Assembly: GCF_001194135.2 (NCBI RefSeq)
Contig: NC_068987.1
Coordinates: forward strand, 38,467,795-38,513,069
DNA: 45,275 nt
Direction: 5' to 3'
Origin: Octopus bimaculoides
Lineage: Eukaryota
Positions 23,230-36,266 of this stretch are shown in pieces (the first letter of the stretch is position 1; each line of letters opens with the position of its first letter). Below the pieces are notes generated by a model, which ran no database searches, was not told the origin of the DNA, and worked only from the letters and a program-made list of their open reading frames with translations. Made by a program: the position numbers and the translations under genes.

Positions 23230-25970
23230 CATGTCTTTCCTTGCTAGGGATGTTGTAATATGTGTGTACATTTCTAACCCTAATCCCTCTCTATGCCTTA
23301 CTCTGTCTCTCTCTCTCTCTCTCCCCCTTTCGATTACCTCTCGCTTCACCAGGATTATAAACCTACGCTCGTTCCCCGATTTCTCTACTCAACCTCTGCC
23401 AAAGAATATAAATCTTCAGAATGATGTCCAGATACGAAATTTTCTGTCTTTTCAACCTCGTTCATACCCTTCTATTTATGCGCTTATCATTATACCTTAC
23501 TTAATGCTGTCTCTATTCTGTCCATTTCATTACCATGTCATCAAATTCATTCTTTTATTCAAGTTTATCACACAGTCACTTATTTCTATAATTCTGTCTT
23601 AGATTAGCTCTCAGATTTTTCAATTCTATATTACTATTATTAACATTTGCTGTCTCATTAAACTATGCTACACAAATCCCCAAAGAATATCTTTCCCCTC
23701 GTGTTCTGACCACTAACCCTAATCCCTCTCTATGCCTTACTCTGTCTCTCTCAGTCTCAATCTCTCTCTCTCTCTCTCCCTTTCGATTACCTCTCGCTTT
23801 GCTAGGACTATAAACATACGCTTTCACCCTGATTTCCCTACTCGATCTCACTCTCTCTACCTCACTCTGCTCATGGTACACCCGCCTTCCCCCACCCCCA
23901 CCAGTACTGGAAGTTCCTATCCTCTCCACCAGTAACAGAAGTTTCTATCCTCTCCACATGTACCAGAAGTTCCTATCCTCTCCCATCCTTTGGTTGTCTC
24001 CCATGAACACTTCTAAAGGCTTCATGCCACCCCACCCCTACTTAGGGTTTATCTCCTCCTATGTAAAGTAGTGATCATATAGTGCAAAAATATGATAGTG
24101 CAGTGTATACAGGTTGAATTGAAGGCTATTGTTTGTTTGTTTATGAATTCTGCCAAATGCGAGCTTTCTTTTCAGGTACATGGTGCTGCTGTCCCCCGTC
24201 CCAGGGTCTCATAGGCCCATACCTCCCACACCCTCAGGGTTGGCACTCTCAATGTCAACACACAGAAAGGTAGGTTTGGTGAGATTGTTGAGATGCTTGA
24301 ACAGAGATATGTCAATATCTGCTGCCTCCAAGAAGTAAGGCGCAGAGGAGGTTTCGCTAGGTTCCTCACAGGCAAAGAACACAGGTACAAGATTTTCTGG
24401 GCAGGGAACATAGACAGGGTAAGGGGCGTGGGTATACTTCTTGTGGAGAAATGGGTGGATAAGGTAATCGAGGTAATCAGAGTATGCGATAGAATACTTA
24501 AGATTAGTGCTTCATCGTGGGTTAGCAACCATTATTTCAGCCTATGCCCCTCAGCTGGGACTACCCGATGGACAGAAAGACCGATTTTATGAGACCCTCT
24601 TGCAGACTACCTTGTTAACGAATGACAGGGACCTTCTCTTTGTGGCTGGTGACTTGAATGGACATGTTTGACAACGTACCGGGGGCTTCCATCGCGTACT
24701 TGGAGGCTATGGTTTTGGTTCCCTCAATGAGGAGGGAACCAGGCTGCTGGAGTTCTTATTTCTTTATTGCCCACAAGGGGATAAACATAGAGGGAACAAA
24801 CAAGGACAGACGAACGGATTAAGTCGATTACATCGACCCCAGTGCGTAACTGGTACTTAATTTATCGACCCCCGAAAGGATGAAAGGCAAAGTCGACCTC
24901 GGCAGAACTTGAACTCAGAACATAACGGCAGACGAAATACCGCTATGCATTTCGCCCGGCGTGCTAACGATTCTGCTAGCTCGTCGCCTGGAGTTCTGCG
25001 ATGCAAATGACCTCATGGTTTGCAATACTAACTTTAGGAAACCTGCCAGTCACCTATTCACCTACTGTTCTGGCAGAGACACTAGCCAAATCGACTACAT
25101 CCTCGCCAGAAAAAGGGAAAGATGGCTGCTTATAAATGCCAAAACCTTCCCATGCGAAGAATGTACCCCACAACATAGACTAGTAGTTAGTGACTTCAGG
25201 ATCAGAGCTAAGTGGCTGCCCAGAAGATGACCAGCATGGAGGAGAAGGGTCTGGAAGCTTAAAGATCCCACAAATGGACAGAGATTTAGAGACATATTAC
25301 TCGAAGCCTTTGACGAAATAGAAGGGGATATAGCTTCACACAATGTAGAAGACAGCTGGAGGTTTCTACAGGACAACCTGCTGAGGGCCAGTGACCAGAT
25401 CTGTGGATAATGCAAAGTCCCCTCTTGACCCAAAATAACGTGGTGGTGGAACAATGTTGTTGACATTTTCTCATTAGAGAAAAGAAACAGGCTTGAAAGG
25501 ACTGGAAGAATGGTGGTAGCAAGGAATTGTATCAGACTGCCAGAAGGGAAGCTAGGAGACAGGTTTATTTAGCCAGAGGGAAGCAGATAAGAAAATATTT
25601 GTCAATGTTCTGCGCCGTGAGGACCAAAGACTTGAGGTATTTCGTGTTGCAAGAGAGTGTGTGAGAGAGAATCGTGATGTCGTAGGAGAGAAATGTGTCC
25701 GCATAGATGATGGTTCACTCACACTAAGTGTGGCTGCAAAGAGAGAGGTTTGGAGACGTCACAATGAAAAGGTTGCTCAATAAAGAGAATGAATAGGAGA
25801 AAGAGAGTCTGCCGAATGTTGACCCAACACAGGGACCAGCTATCCGACTTGACAGTACGATGGTAGATAAAGCAATCATGAGTATGAAGACAGGGAAAGC
25901 CCCTGGCCCATCAGGAATCACCGCAGAGATGCTCAAAATATCTGGCTGTGTCGGCTATAGCCTAGTCACC
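23230..25970 (+). mobile_element. RTE-clade LINE, 5' part (5' UTR repeats, AP endonuclease, start of RT), 3'-truncated
   Basis: LRVGTLNVNT...ICCLQEV...GVGILL...DRILK; SQIDYILARK...QHRLVVSDF; SMKTGKAPGPSGITAEMLK. Upstream are ~130-bp direct repeats (23275-23400 and 23715-23850) and a ~27-bp unit x3 (23895-23985). The 5' boundary is uncertain. Confidence 0.88.
24757..24987 (-). mobile_element. SINE nested in the RTE endonuclease ORF
   Basis: 10-bp TSD CTGGAGTTCT at 24747-24756 and 24988-24997. Removing the insert restores ..GTRLLEFCDANDL. Confidence 0.9.
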
Positions 25971-27329
25971 CCACAACCCATCAACGGGTAAAAAAATAAT
26001 TTTTCACAAATAATATTTTAAACAAAATTCCACAATAATTTTCTACCCCATAGGGTGAAAATTAATGTCCTACAATGGACAACAGTTCAAATTCATGTAA
26101 AACACAAATCAACAAAATAATATCAAACAAGTAACAAGCCAAAGGTGAACTCACATAACAGGGTTACAGAAATTCCGAAAAACAATGCAAAAAAAAACCA
26201 GTTGGCAATGGGAAGTGGTTCTCAATGCAAATATATATATATACTTTTTCAAGTGACAAAATGTCACTGATCTCAAAAAAGTGGAAACAAGTAATAATAA
26301 ATCTCTGAGCAAGGTATAAACAGTAGCTGCATGACATTGTGAAGTATATTTGCCACCTAAATATGGCTAACCCTTAAGGGTGGATGCTACTGTAGCTTTT
26401 AGCCCCAGGAAGACATCTCCTTATACATGTATCTTCCTATATATGATGAATTTAATGGTGTGGAATGGATTGTTATACATTAGACATCACAAACAACCTA
26501 TGAAAGTTAGGATTTAATTGCAACATAAGTTTAGAGAACTGGTTAGCTGTGCTGTTAGTTCTCTCCAGAGGTACAGGAGTTGATCTCAGTACTACTGCAG
26601 GCTAATAAACCGTTGATCAAATTTATAAGGCTGTTGTTGCTGTTGCTGCTTTGCAGTTTAAGGTGAACTGGACCTTTTGTCAGTTACCTTGTCACGCACT
26701 CAAGATCTTGATAATGACACACACTTACTCATTGTAACCTCTGGTCGTCTGCTAATTAGCCAACTTGATTATTCTTGATCTTTTATTTGTATATTAAAAT
26801 CTCTGTTAAATATGTATTAACCTAATTAGTAATCATAATATGAAGAAGAAAAACTTAAATATTTCTGTAAGAGAACAGTTTACAAAATTTTGATAAAATG
26901 CTATCAGAATATTATATAGTGATGTCTTATTATTTTCAGAGAAGTGTTAGAATCATTAAAATGCTGGACAAGATGGGAAATTTTTCCAGGAATTGATTGA
27001 ATTGATTTATTCCTCTCTCCTCTCCCTAAATATCTGATATTCTTCCTCTGTTAGAAATTATAATTCGTTAGCCAGCAGGTTGTCAATCAAACATAGCATT
27101 TGTTTTTAATTGATGCCTTTATTTTCAAACACATTGATCTCAAATTTGAAATTTGAAATATGGGTATTCATTCTAAAGACAGTTGGAAGTTTTCTTGTAT
27201 TGTTTTTTATCTAAAAGAAATTTTTTAAATGAAATTTGACCCTTACATTGATCAGTCATTGATAATATGTTGTTATAACCATTAACATTCGATATGAAAG
27301 AGTGAGAAATTCTAAAATACATGTAACAA

Positions 27330-27590
27330 ATATAGTTAGAAGATTCAGGTCAGTTGTTATCAATGGAAGTGGACAATGAGTAATCAGCTTTACTGTGGAA
27401 AGCAATTTAACAATGGCAAACATTTGTTTGAAGCAGTATGTGTGAAAACCATATACATGGGTTCCCCCTGATGAACATACTATAAATCAAATCGATTTTA
27501 ATGTGATGAATAAAAATAGATATAAGCTATTGTGACTTGAAAAATTCTCTCAGGAATTTACTGAAACAGACAGCAAGCAGTAGTTAACAA
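27330..27590 (+). pseudogene. Ancient RTE-like AP-endonuclease remnant
   Basis: SFTVESNLTMANI..KPYTWVPPDEHTINQIDFNVMNK resembles FC..N.L.I.NT.F...K.TW.SPDG.T.NQID.I. Confidence 0.6.
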
Positions 27591-29404
27591 CTAAGGTTAT
27601 GGAAATTAAAGTAAACAACAATGTATAATGAAATATTATATGACTAACAGACTAAAACTGTATACACTAGAGATAGCATTGTTTTGAAGTATGGCTTTTT
27701 GTTGCTAAAAGAATGAGGAAAAATTATGGATGAGCAAAATCTTATTATGCACATATACTTGTGACAATTAGTGTTAGCTGAGTACATAAAGACTGCTAAA
27801 TAGGTTTAGTGTAAAAAGTGAGGTAAAGAGATGAGATGAAATTCAGTAAATCAAATTAAAAGAGTATTGGTTCTTAAGATAGAACTGGGATGGTCGTATA
27901 TAAACACTTTATATCAAAATAAGCAACAAGGATGTCCAAAGTTAATGCAGTACAATCGTTTCATGCGACTCCATTTATTTAAGCAATGTGAACATTACAT
28001 CAAATATAAAATACAGAGCAATTCTCAGCTGCACAAAGATATAGAAATTTACTGAAATTTCATTTCAACAGAAGGACATATTTTTATGACTACATTTAAA
28101 CTCTCCAAGTAGAAAGGAAGAATACATTATTTCACTCTTTCTTTTTATTTCATTATTAATTTATAATTAGCTTTTATTTATTCACATATTAATTAAGCAA
28201 ATATTGGTATCTCAAGTATTTCAAACTTAGCATATGTAAAACAATACTGATACATTATTCTGATTAATAAAAACCATGAACAACCAATTTACTGTATCTG
28301 TACACAATATAGCAACTTTATTTTATATATTTTTGACATAGGTGCCTTATGTTAAAACTTCCCCTGCGCCATTATAAACTGGTCTGCTAGTAGAGAAACC
28401 CCCCACCTATAGTAGTTTGTCACTAAACCCAAAGAAATTTTATAACTATATCATCCATGTTTACTGCTTATATTGTTTACCCTTTCCCTTTCCCTACAAA
28501 GAAAATGCCAGTGTCCTCTTAAGCTTTGAATCACTAGGTCTGATAAGATGATCCATAAATCAGAAACAAAAAAACAAATAAAATCAGTGACAGTTAAAAA
28601 TCTGCTTAGAATTAATTACTAGCCTGTATGGTCTGGCTAAGTCAAAATGGTTTTTGTATTCTTCCTTTCATGTAATGTTCACATTGCTTAAATAAATGGA
28701 TCCGCATGAAACGATCGTACTGCATTAACATTGGATATCCTTGTTGTTTATTTTGATTTTAATCGCCTTAGTTTGAAATTGTATGGATAATACCATACTT
28801 AATTCTGANNNNNNNNNNNNNNNNNNNNNNNNNNNNNNNNNNNNNNNNNNNNNNNNNNNNNNNNNNNNNNNNNNNNNNNNNNNNNNNNNNNNNNNNNNNN
28901 NNNNNNNNNNNNNNNNNNNNNNNNNNNNNNNNNNNNNNNNNNNNNNNNNNNNNNNNNNNNNNNNNNNNNNNNNNNNNNNNNNNNNNNNNNNNNNNNNNNN
29001 NNNNNNNNNNNNNNNNNNNNNNNNNNNNNNNNNNNNNNNNNNNNNNNNNNNNNNNNNNNNNNNNNNNNNNNNNNNNNNNNNNNNNNNNNNNNNNNNNNNN
29101 NNNNNNNNNNNNNNNNNNNNNNNNNNNNNNNNNATATATATATATATACACACACATATATATGCATACATATACATACATATATGTATGATTTTAACTC
29201 TTAATCCCTTTGCTTCATTTTTTCATTCTCTTTCCATATTTTAACTCTTAATCCCTTTGCTTCATTTTTTCATTCTCTTTCCATATTTTTCCTCTCATCC
29301 CTTTCTGCTGAAGAGTGTAGTAAGCTCAGTCATTGTACAGTGATTGCCATAAGCTTTAAGCTTATATAAAAATACCATTATTTTTATTTACAGGATTGTA
29401 AAAA

Positions 29405-30025
29405 TGGTGCCGTATAAAAAAAACCATTTGCACCGAAAGCATGCGCAGGTGGCACATAAAAACCACCTACTACACTCTCGGAGTGGTTGGCGTTAGGAAG
29501 GGCATCCAGCTGTAGAAACTCTGCCAGATCAGATTGGATTGTGGTGTAGCCATCTGGTTCGCCAGTCCCCAGTCAAATCTTCACAAGCAGGAAGGTCTTC
29601 GCAAGCATGTATATATATATATATATATCATCATCATCATCATCATCATCATTTTCCATGCTAGCATGGGTTGGACGATTTGACTGGTGGGACGTAAAAA
29701 GCACCATTTGAGCGCGGTCGTTTCCAGCTCCGCCTTACTGGCACTTGTACCAGTGGCATGTGGACAAAACATTGGACTGACTCCTATGCAGGTGGCACAT
29801 AAAAACACCATTTGAGCGTGGCCGTTGCCAGTACTGCCCGACTGGCCCTCGTGCTGGTGGCATGTAAAAAGCACCCACTACACTCTCGGAGTGGTTGGCA
29901 TTAGAAAGGGCATCCAGCTGTAGAAACTCTGCCAGGTCAGATTGGAGTCTGATGTAGCCATCTGGTTTGCCAGTTCCCAGTCAAATCGTCCAACCCATGG
30001 AAAGCGGACATTAAATGATGATGAT
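29405..30025 (+). mobile_element. Cluster of RTE-type tails (two direct copies with an inverted tail at ~29628-29690 between them)
   Basis: AGGAAGGGCATCCAGCTGTAGAAAC occurs at ~29495 and ~29905. (CAT)n-CCATGCTAGCATGGGTTGGACGATTTGACTG lies inverted between them. Confidence 0.75.
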
Positions 30026-30032
30026 ATACACA

Positions 30033-31311
30033 CTAGGGGATACCCCCAAAAAATTGGAATTTTGCAATATTATTTTATTCTCTTAGTTTTACATGTTTAT
30101 ACTTTTACCACCTTGAAAGTATTCTCCATTTGAAGCAATGCATCAATCCAGATGCATTTTTCATCCTGGAGCTCTTGCAAATTGATGCCTTTTAATGCCC
30201 TGCATCGTTTTTTCCCTTACCTCTTCCTCATCTGCAAAACATTTTCCTTTAAGGATTTATTTTTCATTCAGAGAAACATAGAGAGCAAGATCAGGTGAAT
30301 AGGGAGGGTGGGTAAGTGGGGTTCATGCCATTTTTGGTCAGAATTTGCCTGACACTCAAGGCTGAGTACACAGGTGTATTGTCATAATGAAACCACCACT
30401 CTCCACTTTGCCACAGGGTAGGATGTTTTCATCTCACCACATCTCACAAATGCTCCAGAACTGCCAAATGAAATGTTTGGTTAACTGTTTGACCAAGAAG
30501 AACAAATTTTGTGTGGACAATTCCTTTTGCATTGATGAAACAAATCAGCATCATCTTGACATTTGACTTCACTTGACATGCTTTTTGGGGGCGTGGTGAC
30601 ATCAAATGCTTCTATTGACTTGATTGCTGCTTCATTTCTGGGTTGTAGCCATAGCAGCAGCTTTCATCACTTCGAAAAAAGGTCCAAATCAACTTCCGAT
30701 TATTCTTTCAGTTCATGACACACATTCAATTGTGATTGCTTTTGATCTTCCATGAACAAGTGAGGCACAAATTTTGCTGCAAAGCTTTTCATTCACAATT
30801 TCTTGCTCAAAATTTGTTGCCAGGAGCTCCAAGACACACCAGTCATATCAGTTGTTCAGTGATAGTCCTGCAAGATGAGTTCGTGAATTTTCGTGATGTT
30901 TTCATTTGTTCAGGAGATCAACAGTTGCTCTGAATGAGGCTGATCTTCAAGTGACAAGTGACTATTCCTATAGCATGAATTTCACTTGTAAACTTGTGTT
31001 TTGCTCATGGCAGCATCCTTACATGCTGTTTGAGGCATGACAACTGTTTCAGCTGCTGTTTTTCCCGGCAGACAACAGAATTTCACTGAAGCATGCCGTT
31101 CTTTCATTTCAGTCATTGCAAAAATCAATGAACAAGAAAGAAGCACTGCAAAACAAAGATGCACCATGTGGCAGTACGACCTCAGATAACAATGCCAGTC
31201 AGCAGACTGACACCTGAGGGTCGCATCAAGTGGCTCTTAGCAGTGGAAGCCTGAACTACAATGGGCTTATCCAACAGAGAACATTTCCAGTTACTTTTCG
31301 GTACCCCCTCG
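30033..31311 (-). mobile_element. Near-full-length (1279 bp) decayed mariner
   Basis: TIRs CTAGGGGATACCCCCAAAAAATTGGAA / TTCCAGTTACTTTTCGGTACCCCCTCG|TA. N-terminal ERHASVKFCCLPGKTAAETVVM HTH motif. Size is typical of mariner. Confidence 0.82.
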
Positions 31312-32088
31312 TATATATACATATAATAATTGATGAAAGAAACAGAAGATAGATTTAGCACTAGTCTTTATTCAGTACGATTATTTTAACCCATCCTGCA
31401 ACTGTCCATTATGGGTAGGATATTGTCCATCCAATTGTGTTGCATCAATCTGTGCAGTTTGTTTTACATCAGGTACATGCATAAGGAAGGGGATGTCCTC
31501 CTAGATAAACTGAGTTGTCCTAGGCACATTGTTCTTGCCTGCTGTATTTTGGTTATGACCCGTACAGTTGTCCATGAGTATATAAATCATGCAATCTTAA
31601 AATATAAAGGGTGCAACCTGTCAAAGAAGGATTACATTTAGGTTAACGGAGGGGTGTGCACTCCCAGTTGTGAACACACATTCACACATTCACACAAGCA
31701 TACAAACACACACACACATCCACACACGCATACCATAAATTAAAAACATAGTATCAGAGAACTGTCAAAGAAAGATTACATTAAGATTAAGGGGTAGGAG
31801 TCTATGCTCATTGGACTTAAACACACATATATATATATATATATGCTTACGGACACACACACATGTGCAGCCAGTATGCCATTTCAGGTGGTTATTGGCT
31901 AACAAGATGTAGAAATTGTGGCAGACTTCTATCTGTTATTCCACTGTGAGGTAAGATCGGCCATCAGTCACAGATGACTCTGCTCTTTGGTGTTTTGCAG
32001 ACATGCACACCATACAAACATACATAAGTGTTTGTACATATATACACACCCGCGCACTCATGTATATATATATATATTTATATATATA

Positions 32089-32271
32089 TTCTTTTATTTG
32101 TTTCAGTCATTTGACTGTGGCCATGCTGGAGTACCACCTTAAAGGGGTTTTAGTCAAACTAATCAACCCTAGCACTTATTCTTTGTAAGCCTAGTACGTA
32201 TTCAATCAGGCTCTTTTGCTGAACCACTAAGTTGGTTGTCAAGCGATTGGGGCGGGGGCAAACACAAATAT
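32089..32271 (-). mobile_element. 3' half of octopus-type SINE
   Basis: Homologous to 2161-2350. Truncated by the gap. Confidence 0.75.
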
Positions 32272-33079
32272 NNNNNNNNNNNNNNNNNNNNNNNNNNNNN
32301 NNNNNNNNNNNNNNNNNNNNNNNNNNNNNNNNNNNNNNNNNNNNNNNNNNNNNNNNNNNNNNNNNNNNNNNNNNNNNNNNNNNNNNNNNNNNNNNNNNNN
32401 NNNNNNNNNNNNNNNNNNNNNNNNNNNNNNNNNNNNNNNNNNNNNNNNNNNNNNNNNNNNNNNNNNNNNNNNNNNNNNNNNNNNNNNNNNNNNNNNNNNN
32501 NNNNNNNNNNNNNNNNNNNNNNNNNNNNNNNNNNTTCTTCAATGAATATATTATATAAAATATTGTAAAATATTGAACATTATTGAACTTTGGAAGGGAC
32601 ATTATGGTGGTAATAATAAACACACGCACTGGTTCAGTCCTTTAATAAAGTGGAGCTGACAGCTCCACTTTATTAAAAGACCGAACCAGTGCGTGCGTTT
32701 ATTATTACTGGCATGTGTTTATTACTTCTTTCAACACATGAATTCACATCAAGAATCTTGGAAACCAAATACAAATACAAGCTATGATAAGCTCCAGCCA
32801 AGCTAGCAAGACATTGAAGAACACTGTGTTCTGCTGTCTAAAAATCAAAATAACCATCAGATAACTCCACTTTATTAAAGGACTGAACCAATGCATGTGT
32901 TTATTATTACCACCATAATGCCCCTCCCAAGATTCAATAGTATTTCTTTCAACACACGAATTCTCATTAAGAATCTTGCAAACCAAATACAGATACAAAC
33001 TATATCAAGCATTATTATCAAATTAAAAAACAGAGAGATCTAATGGATACTAATTAGTTTATTAATTAATCAACATATT

Positions 33080-33182
33080 CACCTACAATTGTTTCGTTTC
33101 ACAGACAAAATTAAAAGGACAAAACACACATATATATATAATTTTGCATTCTAAATACTTTGTATGGGAAATCATTAGGGTG
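33080..33182 (-). ncRNA. Hammerhead-like motif with 76-nt stem II (left arm)
   Basis: CACC-CUAAUGA-UUUC...GAAAC-GAAA-CAAUUG-UA-GGUG. Confidence 0.55.
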
Positions 33183-33309
33183 TACAAGAGACAATAAGGA
33201 TTACATTAGGATACATTTGAAATACTCAGAATATAGTCACATAATAAACATGTCTATACATTCTGAGTATTCCAAATGAATCCTAATGTAATCCTTATTG
33301 TCCTTTGTA

Positions 33310-33412
33310 CAACCTGATCATTTTCCATACAAGGTATTTAGAATGCAAAATTATATATTCATATATGTTTTGTCATTTTAATTTCGTTTGTGAAATGAAA
33401 CAATTGTAGGTG
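33310..33412 (+). ncRNA. Hammerhead-like motif with 76-nt stem II (right arm)
   Basis: CAAC-CUGAUCA-UUUUC...GAAAU-GAAA-CAAUUG-UA-GGUG. The two arms' core mutations complement each other to give CUGAUGA. Confidence 0.5.
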
Positions 33413-33863
33413 AATATGTTGATTAATTAATAAACTAATTAGTATCCATTAGATCTCTCTGTTTTTTAATTTGATAATTATACATTATATTTTGAAGAGA
33501 TATTTCTTCAATGAATATATTATATAAAATATTGTAAAATATTGAACATTATTGAACTTTGGAAGGGACATTATGGTGGTAATAATAAACACACGCACTG
33601 GTTCACAATTATACATTTAATAATAAAAATAAGTCGTCTTATACCAGTCTTAGTAAATTTATTAGGGACTTAAAGGACAAGAATAAAATGTTTACTATGG
33701 AGTGGGAATTAATAAGCAGGGCTAGTGCCTATAAAGTTGGCAATGCCATTTGTTTTCTTTGCGTAGAAGAATATGTTGATTAATTGATAAATCAATTAGT
33801 ATCCATTAGATCTCTCTGTTTTCTAACTCGATAATAATGTTTGATGTTTTACCATATACAACA

Positions 33864-34020
33864 GACTTCTTTCAGTTTCCATCTACCAAATCTACTCATA
33901 GGGTTTTAGTCAGCCTGAGGTAGTAGTAGAAGACACTTGCCGAAAATGCCATGCAGTGGGACTGAACCCTGAAACGTGGTTGGGAAGTAAGCTTCTTGCA
34001 GCACAGCCATACCTGCACCT
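33864..34020 (-). mobile_element. 5' half of octopus-type SINE
   Basis: Homologous to 2410-2561. Confidence 0.75.
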
Positions 34021-34027
34021 ATATATA

Positions 34028-34080
<53 letters not shown>

Positions 34081-34160
34081 AAAAGAAAATGGAGAAACTG
34101 ACATATAGACATCAATTTATTAGAAACTAATACAATTCTGAATAATATCAAACTCAATTT

Positions 34161-34256
34161 CACCTACAATTGTTTCCCTGCCCAATTAAATCAGTTTGGG
34201 AAATTAAATTAAATTTCCATATCAAATATCATTAATTGGGTATTTCATCATGGGAA
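34161..34256 (-). ncRNA. Hammerhead-like motif with 69-nt stem II
   Basis: UCCC-AUGAUGA-AAUA-CCCAAUUAA...UUAAUUGGG-CAGG-GAAA-CAAUUG-UA-GGUG. Confidence 0.45.
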
Positions 34257-34836
34257 GAATTTGACAGAAGGTGCTACATTCTGATGCGTTGTCTGATTAT
34301 GCTCATGAAATTAGTAACAGGAATAATGGAATTAAAAAATTTGAAAATTATAATGTACCTTCTGATAAGAATAATACTATTTGGCTCATTATTCCATTCG
34401 CTAAGCAAATTAAGAACAATTTAGTTGGATCTTTATGCAAACTATTTTCTAAACATTCTACCAAAAAAAGATATTATGATGTAATTAATGCCAGTTTTCT
34501 CTGTGTTGCTTTTTCTATCTTGAAGAATATGTCCCAGATTATTTCTTCCCTTAACAAGAGGAAATTATCAAATTTTTATAACAATAATTACCCAATTAAA
34601 TGCAACAATAATACTCTAGGAAACAATGTTAGTGAAAAATGTAAAAATAATTCTTCTAATGTACAAGGGGAAACAACCTACTTTAAATTCCATCATAACC
34701 TGAAGAACAGAAGTAATGCTCAAATAACAATCATACTAAATCTGATAAATTAAATCACAATAGTAATATAAATATAAATGAAAATATATGTTGTGATTGC
34801 AAAGATAGAAATGATTGTTTAATAATTATTGTCAAC

Positions 34837-34991
34837 AGTGGTTGGCGTTAGGAAGGGCATCCAGCTGTAGAAACTCTGCCAAATCAGACTGGAGCCTGGT
34901 GTTGCCATCCGGTTTCACCAGTCCTCAGTCAAATCGTCCAACCCATGCTAGCATGGAAAGCGGACGTTAAACGATGATGATGATGATGATG
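34837..34991 (+). mobile_element. Young RTE-type tail inserted into the PLE endonuclease region
   Basis: Nearly identical to 11566-11709. It interrupts ..YCQ|QKNVVY. Confidence 0.85.
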
Positions 34992-36170
34992 AACAAAAAA
35001 ACGTAGTTTATAGATGTAAAGTGAATTCTGAAGGTAAGAATTTCTTTTACATTGGTGCTATGCAAGACTATATAAAAAAATGCATCGCTAATCACAATTA
35101 TACATTTAATAATAAAAATAAGTCGTCTTATACCAGTCTTAGTAAATTTATTAGGGACTTAAAGGACAAGAATAAAATGTTTACTATGGAGTGGGAATTA
35201 ATAAGCAGGGCTAGTGCCTATAAAGTTGGCAATGCCATTTGTTTTCTTTGCGTAGAAGAATTATACCGAATCTTAAATTCCAAATGTAGACTCCTTAACT
35301 CAAAAAGGGAGGGTGGGATATCCTGTGTTCACACCTATAAACATGTTTTCAAAAACTACCATTAAGTACAATGTAAAAGTTATCAGGCAGTATCTCAGGA
35401 TTAATATACTAACAATTATAACTATAAAGAGATATCATATCAATATTAAAATATAAGATAAATGGTAAATATGGACATAAGGTTTTATTTATAGGTAGTC
35501 ATATTATATAAAGGTTAAAAGTATTTTAAGTACATATCTTAGGAATATGTAATCAATAATTTTTTTTTTTTTGAATATTAATTCAATGATGGTTTGAATT
35601 TTTATTAATTTCATTAATTTTGATTTATTAACATTTTTCCTCAAATAAGCTCATGTATATCTGTTCACACTGTTATGTAAACAAGTATATTGTGCACAAA
35701 TATTGATGACGTAATATTTAGCTATGGAAATAAGTAAGCAGTTTTGATTCGTCATCATCTGGTAGCTTTCAACACATTAACACACATGCACAAATACATA
35801 ATGAAAATATTACACATACATAACTATGGTTTTTAAAATAGAAAATTATAATAATAATTTATTATTTAACTATAATTTCTAGATTTCCAGGTGACTTATA
35901 ATTAGATTTCTTAAGTGATTAAATATCTTAATGACATTTCAATCTATCATAAGTAATTGTGTAATTTAGGAATAATGTGTTTTAGCTTCTAGTTTAAAGT
36001 AATTGTATCAGAATATCATTTAAGCTAACTAATTGATATCTTGTTTTTTCAATACATTATGCATGTATGCACCCAAATGCATAAAACAAATTTGCATTTA
36101 CATATATATAAGTAACATTTTTTTTAAATACATTGATTGCTGATATGCACTTATTTGAGTCTATCAAGGG

Positions 36171-36266
36171 TCGATGAAATACCCAATTAACGATATTCAA
36201 TATGGAATTTTAATTTAATTTAATTTACCAAATTGATTTAATTGGGCATGGAAACAATGGTAGGTG
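36171..36266 (+). ncRNA. Decayed hammerhead-like motif with 73-nt stem II
   Basis: UCGAUGA-AAUA-CCCAAUUAA...UUAAUUGGG-CAUG-GAAA-CAAUGG-UA-GGUG. The 5' strand of stem I is lost. Confidence 0.4.

Larger units (their letters stand above)
5610..32534. other. Assembly gaps: 5610-5695, 9451-9469, 9899-10632, 17565-17574, 28809-29133, 32272-32534
   Basis: N runs. Confidence 0.99.
32535..33838. repeat. Mosaic of PLE terminal sequences: 97-bp hairpin (32611-32707), 465-bp foldback (33014-33478), direct duplications
   Basis: Arms were read directly. 32535-32636 equals 33504-33605 exactly, and 33603-33772 equals 35092-35261 exactly. Confidence 0.85.

Noticed and set aside
23274-23725. Telomere-like CTAACCCTAA strings
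   Set aside because: Under two units each and embedded in the duplicated RTE 5' region.
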